A stretch of 64,000 nucleotides of DNA, taken from contig CAVVHE010000004.1 of assembly GCA_963748015.1 (NCBI GenBank), positions 384,001 to 448,000 of the forward strand, in the 5' to 3' direction. The DNA comes from Terriglobia bacterium (lineage in GTDB: Bacteria; Acidobacteriota; Polarisedimenticolia; Polarisedimenticolales; JAIQFR01). Under the pieces are notes generated by a model that saw only the letters and a list, made by a program, of their open reading frames with translations, did no database searches and had not been told where the DNA came from. Shown here piece by piece: positions 47,899-57,161 of this stretch; the first letter of the stretch is position 1; every line of letters begins with the position of its first letter. The translations under genes were made by a program, and so were the position numbers.

Positions 47899-48244
47899 GG
47901 AAGGGCGCCCGGCTTCCTCCGGCCATGCCCTCGCGCCGGTGCCCTCGATGAGGGCGCGGTGTGCCGCGGCCCGCCCCGGCGATGGCCACGAGCCCCACGA
48001 TACGCCCGGAAAGACCGGAGGATATTGCCTTGGCGAGCGGCCACCCGACGCATGGTTGCTTTCGTCAGTTGCGCATCTATATTAGAGCCTCGACGTTCAT
48101 CCGGAAGGTCCGTAAAACCCGGAATGCAACGCCATCCGACAGGTGCGGAGACGTGGTGACGCAGCGACGAAAGGCCCGGCAAGGCCGACGATGGCCGCGG
48201 AGAACAGCCGGCGGCGCGGCGCGAGGAGCGGGGGTTGTTTTAGC

Positions 48245-48274
48245 TTGACTCGCTCGGAATGAATGACTTAGCTT
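48245..48274 (+). promoter_or_regulatory. Putative sigma70 promoter of pilM operon
   Basis: TTGACT-18 bp-TAGCTT in an AT-rich patch. Confidence 0.5.
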
Positions 48275-48328
48275 AAAGTCCTACTTGAGGTTCCGGGTTT
48301 TCCGGCCTCGAGGGGTGGCGAGGGAAAC

Positions 48329-49396
48329 ATGCTTTTCGGACGCAGCCGCAACCTGGTCGGGTTGGACATCGGCGATAGCTCCATCAAGGTCGTCGAGCTC
48401 AAGGACCTGGGGAAGGGCCGGGGGTTCCAGCTCGCCAAGCTGGGGTGGGAGCCGCTCCCCGGCGAGGCCATCGTGGACGGCGCGATCATGGACTCCCAGG
48501 TCGTCATCGGCACCATCCAGCGGCTCTTCCAGCGCCTCCGCATCCGCAACCTCGACGTCGCCACCGCCCTCTACGGGCATTCGGTGATCGTCAAGCGGAT
48601 CAGCCTCCCGACGATGGGGGAGGCCGAGCTGGCCGAGTCGATTCACTGGGAGGCCGAGCAGTACATCCCGTTCGCGATCGAGGACGTGCACCTCGACTAC
48701 CAGATCCTCGAGGGCTCGAGCCTGTCCGGCGAAGGGAACATGGACGTGCTGCTCGCCGCCGCCAAGAAGGACAAGATCAGCGACTACGCGGGGGTGATCA
48801 GCCAGGCCGGCCTCAATCCGGTCACGGTGGACATCGCCGCCTTCGCCCTCCAGAACACGTTCGAGGCCAACTACGAGTTCGAGCCGCACCAGGTCATCGC
48901 GTTGGTGGACCTGGGCGCCGCGGTGGCGTCCATCACGGTGCTGCACGGCGGGACCTCCGTGTACTGGCGCGACATCAACATCGGCGGAAGCCAGTACACC
49001 GACGCGATCCAGAAGGAGCTGAACCTCTCCGCCGAGCAGGCGGAGCGGCTGAAGCGGGGCGACGAGATCGAAGGGGTCACCTACGAGCGGATCCTGCCGA
49101 TCCTCGCCGGGGTCACCGAGGATGTCGGTAGCGAGATCCAGAAGACGCTCGACTTCTTCAAGCAGATCTCCGCGGCCGACGAACCCCTCGACCGGCTCTA
49201 CCTCACGGGGGGCGCCTCGCAGGTCGTGCACCTCAAGGAGTCGCTCGCCGACCGCCTCAAGACGCAGGTCGAGATCCTGAACCCGTTCCGGAAGATCCCG
49301 CCGGCGAGCCGCGAGGTCGCTCCGGAGATGATCAACGAGATGATGCCCACCGCGTCGGTGTCCGTGGGGCTGGCGCTCCGACGCATGGGGGACTGA
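48329..49396 (+). CDS. pilM: Type IV pilus assembly protein PilM
   Basis: VGLDIGDSSIKVVEL, EAEQYIPF, LVDLGA, LYLTGG, NPF, VGLALR. Confidence 0.96.
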   Translation: MLFGRSRNLVGLDIGDSSIKVVELKDLGKGRGFQLAKLGWEPLPGEAIVDGAIMDSQVVIGTIQRLFQRLRIRNLDVATALYGHSVIVKRISLPTMGEAELAESIHWEAEQYIPFAIEDVHLDYQILEGSSLSGEGNMDVLLAAAKKDKISDYAGVISQAGLNPVTVDIAAFALQNTFEANYEFEPHQVIALVDLGAAVASITVLHGGTSVYWRDINIGGSQYTDAIQKELNLSAEQAERLKRGDEIEGVTYERILPILAGVTEDVGSEIQKTLDFFKQISAADEPLDRLYLTGGASQVVHLKESLADRLKTQVEILNPFRKIPPASREVAPEMINEMMPTASVSVGLALRRMGD

Positions 49397-49400
49397 GCCG

Positions 49401-49989
49401 ATGATCAAGATCAACCTGCTGGCCGAGAAGAAGACGGTCAAGGCGAAGGCCTCGTCGGGACCCAAGTTCGAAGGGCTCGGCGGAACGCCAGAACCTCCTG
49501 CTCGTCGGAATCCTCGCCGTGGGCGTCATCGTCACGGGAACGTGGTGGTGGGTCCGGGCGGCGGAGCTCAACAGCTGGAAGGCCAAGCAGGCCGCCGCGG
49601 AGATAGAGCTGGCGCGGCTGCAGGAGGTCCGGAAGAAGGCCGAGTTCTTCAAGAAGCAGAAGGAGCTCCTGGAGCGGAAGATCAACCTGATCACCGACCT
49701 CAAGAAGAAGCAGTCGGTGCCGGTTCACATCCTCGACCAGGTCTCGAAGAACCTGCCGGACTTCCTCTGGCTCGACTCCATGTCCGCCGTCCAGAACCAG
49801 GTCAGCGTCTCGGGGAGGGCGACCACGTACACGGCGGTCTCCAATTTTTACGACAACCTGGCCGCGTCGGGCTACTTCACCGACGTCGTGCTGGGGAAGA
49901 CGGCGGAGGTCCCGGAGGGGGTCTCCTTCAGCCTGTCCTGCAAGTTCGCGTCGGCGAAGGAAACACCCGCGCCGGCGCCGCAAGGTTGA
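49401..49989 (+). CDS. pilN: Type IV pilus assembly protein PilN (one +1 frameshift near 49487)
   Basis: MIKINLL N-terminus in one frame; TM segment, coiled coil and LPDFLWL...VSNFYDNL domain in the next frame. Confidence 0.88.
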
Positions 49990-50101
49990 TCGCGACCCCA
50001 TGAGACGGCCTCTCTGCCGAGCACCGCGCCCAGCCTGCGTGCATCGCCCGTCCCAGGGACGAGCGGCCGCAAGCCTGGGGGCGTGACGGGGAGTCGAAGC
50101 G

Positions 50102-50683
50102 ATGCGGAAACTGCCGTTCTACGCACAGGTTCTGATGATGGTGGTGCTCGCCGCCGGGCTCGTGGGCGTCGCCTACGAGTTCGTGCCGAACCTCAAGGAG
50201 ATGGGCGAGCAGATCCAGAAGATCCGGGCCGAGTACACCGAGAGCGAGCGGAAGATCCGCGAGGGGCAGGCGATCGAGCAGAAGCTCCCCGAGTTCGAGC
50301 GGGAGATCAACAACCTCCAGCGGAAGCTCGGCGACATCCAGCAGATCCTCCCGACGGGCCCGGAAACGGGCGACCTGCTCCGCTGGATCAAGAACATGAC
50401 CGACCAGTCCAACCTGGGCCTCAAGTCGTTCGGTCCCGGAGACCTCAAGCCGGTGGACTTCTACAAGGTCTTTCCGATCGAGATGGACGTGGTCGGGCGC
50501 TATCACGACCTCGGGATCTTCCTGGATCGCGTGAGCAAGTACTCCCGGATCATCAACGTGGACAACCTCCGGCTGTCGGCGCTCAAGAGCGGGGGGGACA
50601 AGACGATCGGCGCCAGCTTCACGGCCACGACGTTCGTGTACGAGGAGCCACCTACCGAGAAGGTCGAGGAGGCCAAGAAATGA
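50102..50683 (+). CDS. pilO: Type IV pilus assembly protein PilO
   Basis: TM segment, coiled coil, ILP...LL, FYKVFPIEMDVVGRYHDLGIFLDRVSKYSRIINV. Confidence 0.93.
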   Translation: MRKLPFYAQVLMMVVLAAGLVGVAYEFVPNLKEMGEQIQKIRAEYTESERKIREGQAIEQKLPEFEREINNLQRKLGDIQQILPTGPETGDLLRWIKNMTDQSNLGLKSFGPGDLKPVDFYKVFPIEMDVVGRYHDLGIFLDRVSKYSRIINVDNLRLSALKSGGDKTIGASFTATTFVYEEPPTEKVEEAKK

Positions 50684-51252
50684 ACCGTCGACACCTGGGA
50701 TGGTTCCTCGCGGCGGCGGGCCTGATCCTCGTGGTGACGGCCGCGTCCCCGGCGTTCCCGCAGGGAGCGCCGCCTCCCGCGCCGGGCGCGAAGGAGGCTC
50801 CCGCCGGCGAGGCGAAGAAGGCCGAGACGGAGGGGGACCAGACCGTCGAGACGATCCTGCGGCAGCAGGAGCAGATCCTGAGCGGTCAGAGGTTCTCGTA
50901 TGACCCGGCGGGGCGGCGCGATCCGTTCCGCTCGCTGTTCGAAGATCTGGCGATCAAGCGGAAGGGGCCGCGTCCGAGAGGCGTCGCCGGAATGCTGGTT
51001 TCCGAAATCAACTTGACCGGGCTCGTCAAGGACGCGTCGGGCGGCGACCTCACGCTGTTCATGGGCTCGGACAACAAAGGTTACTTCCTGAGGGTCGGCG
51101 ACGAGGTCTACGACGCCACTCTGATCGCCGTGGATCCCAAGGCCGGAACCGTCACCTTCCGCCAGCAGGTTGACGACCCCCGGCTGATCAAGCCCTACCG
51201 GGACGTCGTGAAGAGGCTGGTCCCGCTGGAGGAGGATAAGGCCAATGAGTAA
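50680..51252 (+). CDS. pilP: PilP-like pilus assembly protein
   Basis: Signal/TM segment, YDPAGRRDPFRSL, INLTGLV...GYFLRVGD; position between pilO and pilQ with ATGA-type overlaps. Confidence 0.75.
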   Translation: MNRRHLGWFLAAAGLILVVTAASPAFPQGAPPPAPGAKEAPAGEAKKAETEGDQTVETILRQQEQILSGQRFSYDPAGRRDPFRSLFEDLAIKRKGPRPRGVAGMLVSEINLTGLVKDASGGDLTLFMGSDNKGYFLRVGDEVYDATLIAVDPKAGTVTFRQQVDDPRLIKPYRDVVKRLVPLEEDKANE

Positions 51253-53320
51253 GCACGGCATGTCGATCCTGGCGGCGCTCGCCGCGCTGTTGCTGGCCAC
51301 GGGACCGTCCGTCGCCGGGGATGGCGTGGACGCCCTCGCGGCCGCCGCGGACCAAGGCTTGGCCCGCAACCTCACGGCCGTGGAGGTCTCCACCGACCCC
51401 GGCGGACACCCCGTCGTCACGCTGTCCGGGGACGGGGCGCTCACCTACGAGTCCCAGCTCCTCGAGCAGCCGAGCCGGCTGGTCCTGGACTTTCCCGGCG
51501 TCGTGAGCCGGTTGGCGACGCGCCAGATTCCGGTCGGCAAGGGCGGGGTGAACCGCGTTCGCGCCGCCCAATACCGCGGCGACCCGACGCCGGTATCGCG
51601 CGTCGTGTTCGACCTCGACGAGAACGTCCCGTACCGGATCGAGCGTCAAGGCTCGGAGCTGGTCGTGGCGTTCGAATCCGGAACGTCGGGGACGGCCGCG
51701 GCGGAAGAGCCCGCGCGGCCGGCGACGGCCCAGGCCGGCGTGCCGGCGGCGCCCGCGGCTCCGGTCGTTGCCGAGGTGGCGAAGCCCGAGCCCGCGGCTC
51801 CGGTCGTCGCCGAGGTAGCGAAGCCCGAGCCCGTGGCCCCGGCGCCTCCGGAGTCCGCCCCGAGCCTGGCGGTGGCGCCCGAGTCCCTCGAGGTGCTCCT
51901 GAACGCCCAGCCGGTGATGGCGGCCGAGGCGCCCGCGCCGGCGGCGCCGCCTCCCGCGGAAGCCCGGGTGACCGCTCCCGCCGTCACGCCGGCGGCCGTG
52001 CCGGCCACCGTGCTGGCCGCGGCTCCGGCGGCCGCGCAGGCGCCCCCGCCCGCCAGGATGCCCTCCGCGCCTTCCTTCGAGACGCGGACCATCGCGAAAG
52101 ACCAGACCAGTTACTCCGGGAAGCGCCTCTCCCTGAACCTCGTGGACGCCGACATCAAGCAGGTGTTCCGGCTGTTCCACGAGATCTCCGGGCTGAACTT
52201 CGTCCTCGACCCGAGCGTGGACGGGCGCGTCACGATCGTCCTCGACAACGCTCCCTGGGACCAGGCGCTCGACATCATCTTGAAGAACAACGGCCTGGAC
52301 AAGGTGATGGAGGACAACGTCATCCGGATCGCCTCGACGCAGAAGCTCGCGGCCGAGGCCGCCGGCAGGAAGCAGCTCAAGGAAGCCAAGGAGCTCGAGG
52401 TCGAGCCGACGACGATCACCCGGACCCTCTCCTACGCCAAGGCGAAGGAGGTCGAGAAGGTCATCCGGGACGGCGGCGTGCTGTCGCCCCGCGGCCGCGT
52501 GATCGTGGACGAGAGGACCAATACGCTGATCATCAGCGACATCCCGAAGAAGGTCGAGCCGGTGGACAAGCTGATCTCGACCCTCGACGCGGAGACGCCG
52601 CAGGTGATGATCGAGGCCCGCATCGTCGAGACCTCGAAGGAGTTCGTCCAGGACTTCGGCGTGAAGTGGGGGTTCGCGGCCATCGCGGACGCGTCCCGCG
52701 GCACCTCGACGTCCTTGCCCTTCCCGCACAACGCGGCGGTGAAGTACGGCCTCAACCTCCCCGGCGGCGGAGGCGCCAGCAACCTCGCGTTCAAGTTCGG
52801 GAACGTGCTGGACTCCTTCACGCTGGACATCGCCCTGAACGCCCTCGAGACGGAAGGGCGCGGGCGCATCCTGTCGTCGCCCAAGATCGCCACCCAGAAC
52901 AACGAGCGGGCGGAGATCGAGCAGGGCGTCCGGATCCCGGTCGTGAACACGACGGCCACCGAGATCAACGTCGAGTTCGTGTCGGCGTCGCTCAAGCTCG
53001 GCGTCACCCCGCAGATCACCGCCGAAGGCACGATCATCCTGGACGTCCTCGTCGAGAACAACTCTCCGGACTTCGTGAACACGGCGGGGAACATCCCCTC
53101 GATCCGGACGCAGCGCGCGCAGACCAAGATCCTGATCACCGACGGCGGCACCACCGTCATCGGCGGGATCTTCACGATCAACGAGGCCACGAGCGAGAAC
53201 GGCGTCCCCTGGTTCCGGAAGATCCCGGTGTTCGGCTGGCTCTTCAAGCAGCGGAACATCACCAACGAAAACCGGGAGCTGCTGATATTCCTCACTCCCA
53301 AGATCCTCAAGGTCTCCTAG
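51245..53320 (+). CDS. pilQ: Type IV pilus secretin PilQ (AMIN, Pro/Ala linker, N domains, secretin)
   Basis: AMIN-like PSRLVLDF...RVVFDL, YSGKRLSLNL, PWDQALD, DERTNTLII, QVMIEARIVE, ILSSPKI, GVPWFRKIPVFGWLF. Confidence 0.96.
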   Translation: MSKHGMSILAALAALLLATGPSVAGDGVDALAAAADQGLARNLTAVEVSTDPGGHPVVTLSGDGALTYESQLLEQPSRLVLDFPGVVSRLATRQIPVGKGGVNRVRAAQYRGDPTPVSRVVFDLDENVPYRIERQGSELVVAFESGTSGTAAAEEPARPATAQAGVPAAPAAPVVAEVAKPEPAAPVVAEVAKPEPVAPAPPESAPSLAVAPESLEVLLNAQPVMAAEAPAPAAPPPAEARVTAPAVTPAAVPATVLAAAPAAAQAPPPARMPSAPSFETRTIAKDQTSYSGKRLSLNLVDADIKQVFRLFHEISGLNFVLDPSVDGRVTIVLDNAPWDQALDIILKNNGLDKVMEDNVIRIASTQKLAAEAAGRKQLKEAKELEVEPTTITRTLSYAKAKEVEKVIRDGGVLSPRGRVIVDERTNTLIISDIPKKVEPVDKLISTLDAETPQVMIEARIVETSKEFVQDFGVKWGFAAIADASRGTSTSLPFPHNAAVKYGLNLPGGGGASNLAFKFGNVLDSFTLDIALNALETEGRGRILSSPKIATQNNERAEIEQGVRIPVVNTTATEINVEFVSASLKLGVTPQITAEGTIILDVLVENNSPDFVNTAGNIPSIRTQRAQTKILITDGGTTVIGGIFTINEATSENGVPWFRKIPVFGWLFKQRNITNENRELLIFLTPKILKVS
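51751..51833 (+). repeat. 39-bp tandem duplication in the pilQ linker (PAAPVVAEVAKPE x2)
   Basis: GCCCGCGGCTCCGGTCGTYGCCGAGGTRGCGAAGCCCGA repeated at 51751 and 51790 with 2 synonymous differences. Confidence 0.9.
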
Positions 53321-53333
53321 GGGAGGTCGGATC

Positions 53334-54020
53334 ATGCGTCTAATCCAGAGATTCTCCACCGTCGCGTTCGCCGCTTCGCTCGTCCTGATCGTGGCGGCCT
53401 GCGCCCACGGCAGTATCGACGATGGCGACAGCGCGAACGTGATTCTGACCGTGCAGAACGTGCCCAACATACCGCCGGTCACGGCCTCGCCTTCCCCCGG
53501 CGGGACGGGCTGCACGTTCACCGTGCCCAACGTGAACGTGACCCTCGGGAGCCGGCCGAAGACCGAGCTGGCGCTCGACAGCCCGTTCAGCGACATCGCG
53601 ATGGACAACGTGGAAATCGCCTATGATTGGGTGAATCCGGACGGCTCGGAGGTCCTTGCGGACAGTTTCACCATCGCCGGAACGATCCCGGTGAACGGGA
53701 CCCAGACGGTGAGCTTCGCCCCGATCCGGCTGGATTTCCTCAGCGCGTCCCTTTCCGGCCGGACGGCGAACATCTCGATGCTGTTCCACGGCCACACGCT
53801 CGACGGCCATGCCGTCGCGGCGAGCGGCGGCGGCGCGCTGTCGGTCAACTCGTGCACCACGAGCACCGTCTGCGGCGACGGGAGCATCGACGGCACGGAA
53901 ACCTGCGACGACGGGGCCACGAGAGCGGGCGACGGCTGCTCGGCCTCGTGCCAGGTCGAGACGGGCTGGGTCTGCTCGGGACAACCCAGCGTCTGCCAAA
54001 TCCAGAACGTCGTGCCTTGA
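53334..54020 (+). CDS. Putative lipoprotein with C-terminal Myxococcus-type Cys-rich repeat (DUF4215-like)
   Basis: Lipobox-like IVAA-C, beta-rich body, CGDG...ETCDDG...GDGCSASCQVETGWVC. Confidence 0.72.
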   Translation: MRLIQRFSTVAFAASLVLIVAACAHGSIDDGDSANVILTVQNVPNIPPVTASPSPGGTGCTFTVPNVNVTLGSRPKTELALDSPFSDIAMDNVEIAYDWVNPDGSEVLADSFTIAGTIPVNGTQTVSFAPIRLDFLSASLSGRTANISMLFHGHTLDGHAVAASGGGALSVNSCTTSTVCGDGSIDGTETCDDGATRAGDGCSASCQVETGWVCSGQPSVCQIQNVVP

Positions 54021-54028
54021 GCCTGGAA

Positions 54029-54066
54029 GGATTCCCGGGGCCGCCCCTGGCGGCCCCGGGGAGTCC
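54029..54066 (+). terminator. GC-rich hairpin (terminator or mRNA-stabilising stem)
   Basis: GGATTCCCGGGGCCGCC-CCT-GGCGGCCCCGGGGAGTCC directly after the stop; no U-tract. Confidence 0.4.
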
Positions 54067-54123
54067 CGGCCGGCTCCGATAGGGAGGCTCGGGACGAACT
54101 TGGCTCCCACCGATGCGCCCGGA

Positions 54124-54465
54124 ATGGGCCCTCTCCTGACCACCACCCACGCGAGGCTCAGGGCCGCGCAGGGAGACGTCGCGGCCGCGCGTCGCATCCT
54201 GCGGGCCGTTCTCGCCCAGAGGCCGGGAGATCCGGAGGCGACGGCGCTCCTCGCGACGCTCGCGCCCGCCGCCGATGCCGGATACTCGGAGCCTCCGGAC
54301 GAGCCGCTGGCCCCGCCGGAGCCGGCCCGGGGAGAAGAGCTCTCCGCGAGATTCCGGGAGGCGCTGGCGGGGCCACCGATCGAAACCGCGGTAAGCTTGC
54401 GGGCGCGCCTCGAGCGTCTTCTGGATCGGATCGACGAGGTGAGGAGGGGCGGTCGTGCTCGATGA
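54124..54465 (+). CDS. Small protein with single TPR-like motif
   Basis: TTTHARLRAAQGDVAAARRILRAVLAQRPGD and C-terminal helix LRARLERLLDRI; overlaps the next gene. Start uncertain (TTG 54100 possible). Confidence 0.55.
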   Translation: MGPLLTTTHARLRAAQGDVAAARRILRAVLAQRPGDPEATALLATLAPAADAGYSEPPDEPLAPPEPARGEELSARFREALAGPPIETAVSLRARLERLLDRIDEVRRGGRAR

Positions 54466-54814
54466 GACGTTAGCCGGCGTTGCGGCCGCGATCGACGGGA
54501 CCCGCGCGGTGTTCCTCGTGGGCATGGACGGCATGGTCGTGGCCGGTAAGGGCGAGGAGGGAGATCTCCCCTGGGACCTCGTCGTGGCGTCCTACGCCGA
54601 TCTCGTCCGGCGGGTCGTCTCGGTCCACCGCGAGGCCGGAATCGAGAAACCCGCCGAGCTCGTGGTCCTGGCAGCCGACGCCGCGCTGGTCCTTCGCGCG
54701 GTCACCCCGGAGTACGCCCTCCTGGCGGTCCTTCCCCCCGGGGGCAGCCTCGGGCGGGCACGATTCGAGCTGAGGAAAGCCGCGAGCCGCATTCTCCCCG
54801 AGCTGGACGGGTAG
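54455..54814 (+). CDS. Roadblock/LC7 domain protein (MglB/MglC-like)
   Basis: IDGTRAVFLVGMDGMVV...VTPEYALLAVL...GSLGRARFELRKAA. Confidence 0.8.
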   Translation: MLDETLAGVAAAIDGTRAVFLVGMDGMVVAGKGEEGDLPWDLVVASYADLVRRVVSVHREAGIEKPAELVVLAADAALVLRAVTPEYALLAVLPPGGSLGRARFELRKAASRILPELDG

Positions 54815-54981
54815 TAGAGCCCTTCCGCTTCCGGCCGTCCGCCGCCGGCCGGCCTCCCTGTTATCGGTCCACTTTCGCCAAAACGCGTCGCGGTGCGACA
54901 GACCCCTCGACTCTCCCCCGTGGCCGGTGATAGGCTCCTGTCTCGCCTTCAGCGGATTCGACGTCACCCTCGAGGAACCAC

Positions 54982-55452
54982 GTGGACGCCAAGGAACTTC
55001 GCGAGCTGATCGACGTCATCTCAAGGAGCAGCTTCACGACCTTCGAGCTCGAGCGGGAGGGATTCAGGCTCAAGCTCGTGAAGGGGGCGGACGCCGCTCC
55101 CGCCGTCGTGATCCAGGCGCCCGCCGGGGCGGTCCCGGCGGAGCCGCCGCAAGCGGTCGCCCTCCCGGCCCCGCCGCCTTCGGCGGCCCCGCCGAAGGTC
55201 GACGACGGGCTCGTCACCGTGACGTCGCCGATCGTCGGGACCTTCTACCGGGCCCCCAGCCCGGGCGCCCCTCCCTTCGTCGAGGTGGGAAGCAAGATCG
55301 CCAAGGGGCAGGTCCTGTGCATCGTCGAGGCGATGAAGCTAATGAACGAGATCGAGTCCGAAATCGATGCGGAGGTGGTGGAGGCCCTCGTCGCGAACGG
55401 GCAGCCCGTGGAGTACGGCGAGAGGCTGTTCAAACTGCGGCCGATGGCCTGA
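54982..55452 (+). CDS. accB: Acetyl-CoA carboxylase biotin carboxyl carrier protein
   Basis: [22 protein letters not shown] (biotinylated Lys), VEYGERLF. Confidence 0.97.
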   Translation: MDAKELRELIDVISRSSFTTFELEREGFRLKLVKGADAAPAVVIQAPAGAVPAEPPQAVALPAPPPSAAPPKVDDGLVTVTSPIVGTFYRAPSPGAPPFVEVGSKIAKGQVLCIVEAMKLMNEIESEIDAEVVEALVANGQPVEYGERLFKLRPMA

Positions 55453-55489
55453 TTCGGCCAGACGGTCCCAAGACTCCCTCGGAAGGAAC

Positions 55490-56851
55490 GTGTTCCGAAA
55501 GATCCTGATCGCAAACCGGGGCGAGATCGCGCTCCGGATCATCTGGGCCTGCCGGGAGCTCGGCATCAAGACGGTGGCGGTCCACTCCACCGCGGATTCC
55601 GACTCGCTGCACGTCCGCTTCGCGGACGAGGACGTCTGCATCGGCCCCCCCTCGAACAAGGAGTCCTACCTCAACATCTCCGCGGTGATCTCCGCGGCCG
55701 AGATCACCGGGGCCGAGGCGATCCATCCCGGGTACGGCTTCCTGGCGGAGTCCGCGCAGTTCGCCGAGGTTTGCCGGGAGTGCGGCTTGACGTTCATCGG
55801 CCCGGGACCCGACGTCATCCGCAAGATGGGGGACAAGGCCGAGGCCCGCAGGACGATGATCGACGCGGGCGTGCCGGTTCTTCCCGGGAGCGAGGGGATC
55901 GTCCAGGACGAGGAGCAGGGGCTGGCCCTCGCGGAGGAGATCGGGTATCCCGTGCTCATCAAGGCCTCCGCCGGCGGCGGCGGTCGCGGAATGCGGATCG
56001 TTACCGTGGCCGCGGACATGGGACGGATGCTCGACGCCGCGCGCTCGGAGGCCGGCGCCGCCTTCTCCGTTCCCGACGTCTACCTCGAGAAGTACGTGTT
56101 GGAGCCGCGCCACGTGGAGTTCCAGGTCCTCGGCGACACCCACGGCAACCTGCTGCACCTCTTCGAGCGGGAGTGCTCGATCCAGCGCCGCCACCAGAAG
56201 CTCCTGGAGGAGTCTCCTTCCACGGCCCTCGACCCGGCGCTTCGCGCCAGAATGGTCGAGGCCGCGCTGCGGGCCGCCCGCGCCGCGTGCTACGTGAATG
56301 CCGGAACCGTCGAGTTCCTGCTGGACGATCGGGGGGAGTTCTACTTCATCGAGATGAATACCCGGATCCAGGTGGAGCACGCCGTCACCGAGATGGTGAC
56401 GGGAATCGACCTGATCAAGGAGCAGATCCGGATCGCCGCCGGCGAGCCGATCTCGTTCATGCAGGAAGAGGTGATGGTCTCCGGCCATGCCATCGAGTGC
56501 CGGATCAACGCGGAGGATCCCGACACCTTCACGCCGAGCCCCGGCAAGATCCGGTCGTTCCATCTCCCCGGCGGGCCCGGGATCCGCGTGGACACCGCGT
56601 GCTACGCGGAGGCGGTCGTCCCGCCGTACTACGACTCCATGATCGCGAAGGTGATCGCGCACGGCAACACGCGCGGCGAGGCGATCCTGAGAATGCGCAG
56701 GGCCCTCGAGTCCTTCGTGGTCGAGGGGATCAAGACCAACGTGAAGATGCAGCAGCGTATCCTGACCGACGAGGACTTCGTCAGGGGGCGTCTCTCGACG
56801 CGCTTCATGGAGCGGTTCGCCCCCCCGAAGAAGAACGCCCCCGCCTCCTGA
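55490..56851 (+). CDS. accC: Acetyl-CoA carboxylase biotin carboxylase
   Basis: [59 protein letters not shown] start. Confidence 0.97.
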   Translation: MFRKILIANRGEIALRIIWACRELGIKTVAVHSTADSDSLHVRFADEDVCIGPPSNKESYLNISAVISAAEITGAEAIHPGYGFLAESAQFAEVCRECGLTFIGPGPDVIRKMGDKAEARRTMIDAGVPVLPGSEGIVQDEEQGLALAEEIGYPVLIKASAGGGGRGMRIVTVAADMGRMLDAARSEAGAAFSVPDVYLEKYVLEPRHVEFQVLGDTHGNLLHLFERECSIQRRHQKLLEESPSTALDPALRARMVEAALRAARAACYVNAGTVEFLLDDRGEFYFIEMNTRIQVEHAVTEMVTGIDLIKEQIRIAAGEPISFMQEEVMVSGHAIECRINAEDPDTFTPSPGKIRSFHLPGGPGIRVDTACYAEAVVPPYYDSMIAKVIAHGNTRGEAILRMRRALESFVVEGIKTNVKMQQRILTDEDFVRGRLSTRFMERFAPPKKNAPAS

Positions 56852-57014
56852 CCCCGCCCTTCCCGGTCCCGCCTCCCTCCTCCCGCCGCCTTCGCGCGGG
56901 ATGCCCCGAGCGCCCCGCTTCCTCGGCTGCCGACGGTCCGTAGACCCCGGAATCTCCCGAAATACCAAGGTAATCGTCACGAAAGTGTTGGAATTTGTCA
57001 CCGAGGAGGCTCGC

Positions 57015-57043
57015 TTGACAATAATTTTCACGGAACCTAAGTT
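57015..57043 (+). promoter_or_regulatory. Putative sigma70 promoter of pilB operon
   Basis: TTGACA-17 bp-TAAGTT in an AT-rich intergenic region. Confidence 0.65.
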
Positions 57044-57161
57044 TGGGATGTATTTGGCCGGAAATCACTATGTGGAGTCGCGCTCTACGATAGTTGCGTG
57101 CTGTGAAATGAGGAGTCGACCTGTGCTCGCGCGCCGGTGCGCCAAGGGGGCCTGGGGGTAA

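Noticed and set aside
48090..48240. c-di-GMP riboswitch, 6S or SRP RNA upstream of pilM
   Set aside because: Diagnostic motifs (GGCAAA...GACGCAAAGC; GGAAGGAAGCAG; end-to-end 6S pairing) were not found by eye.
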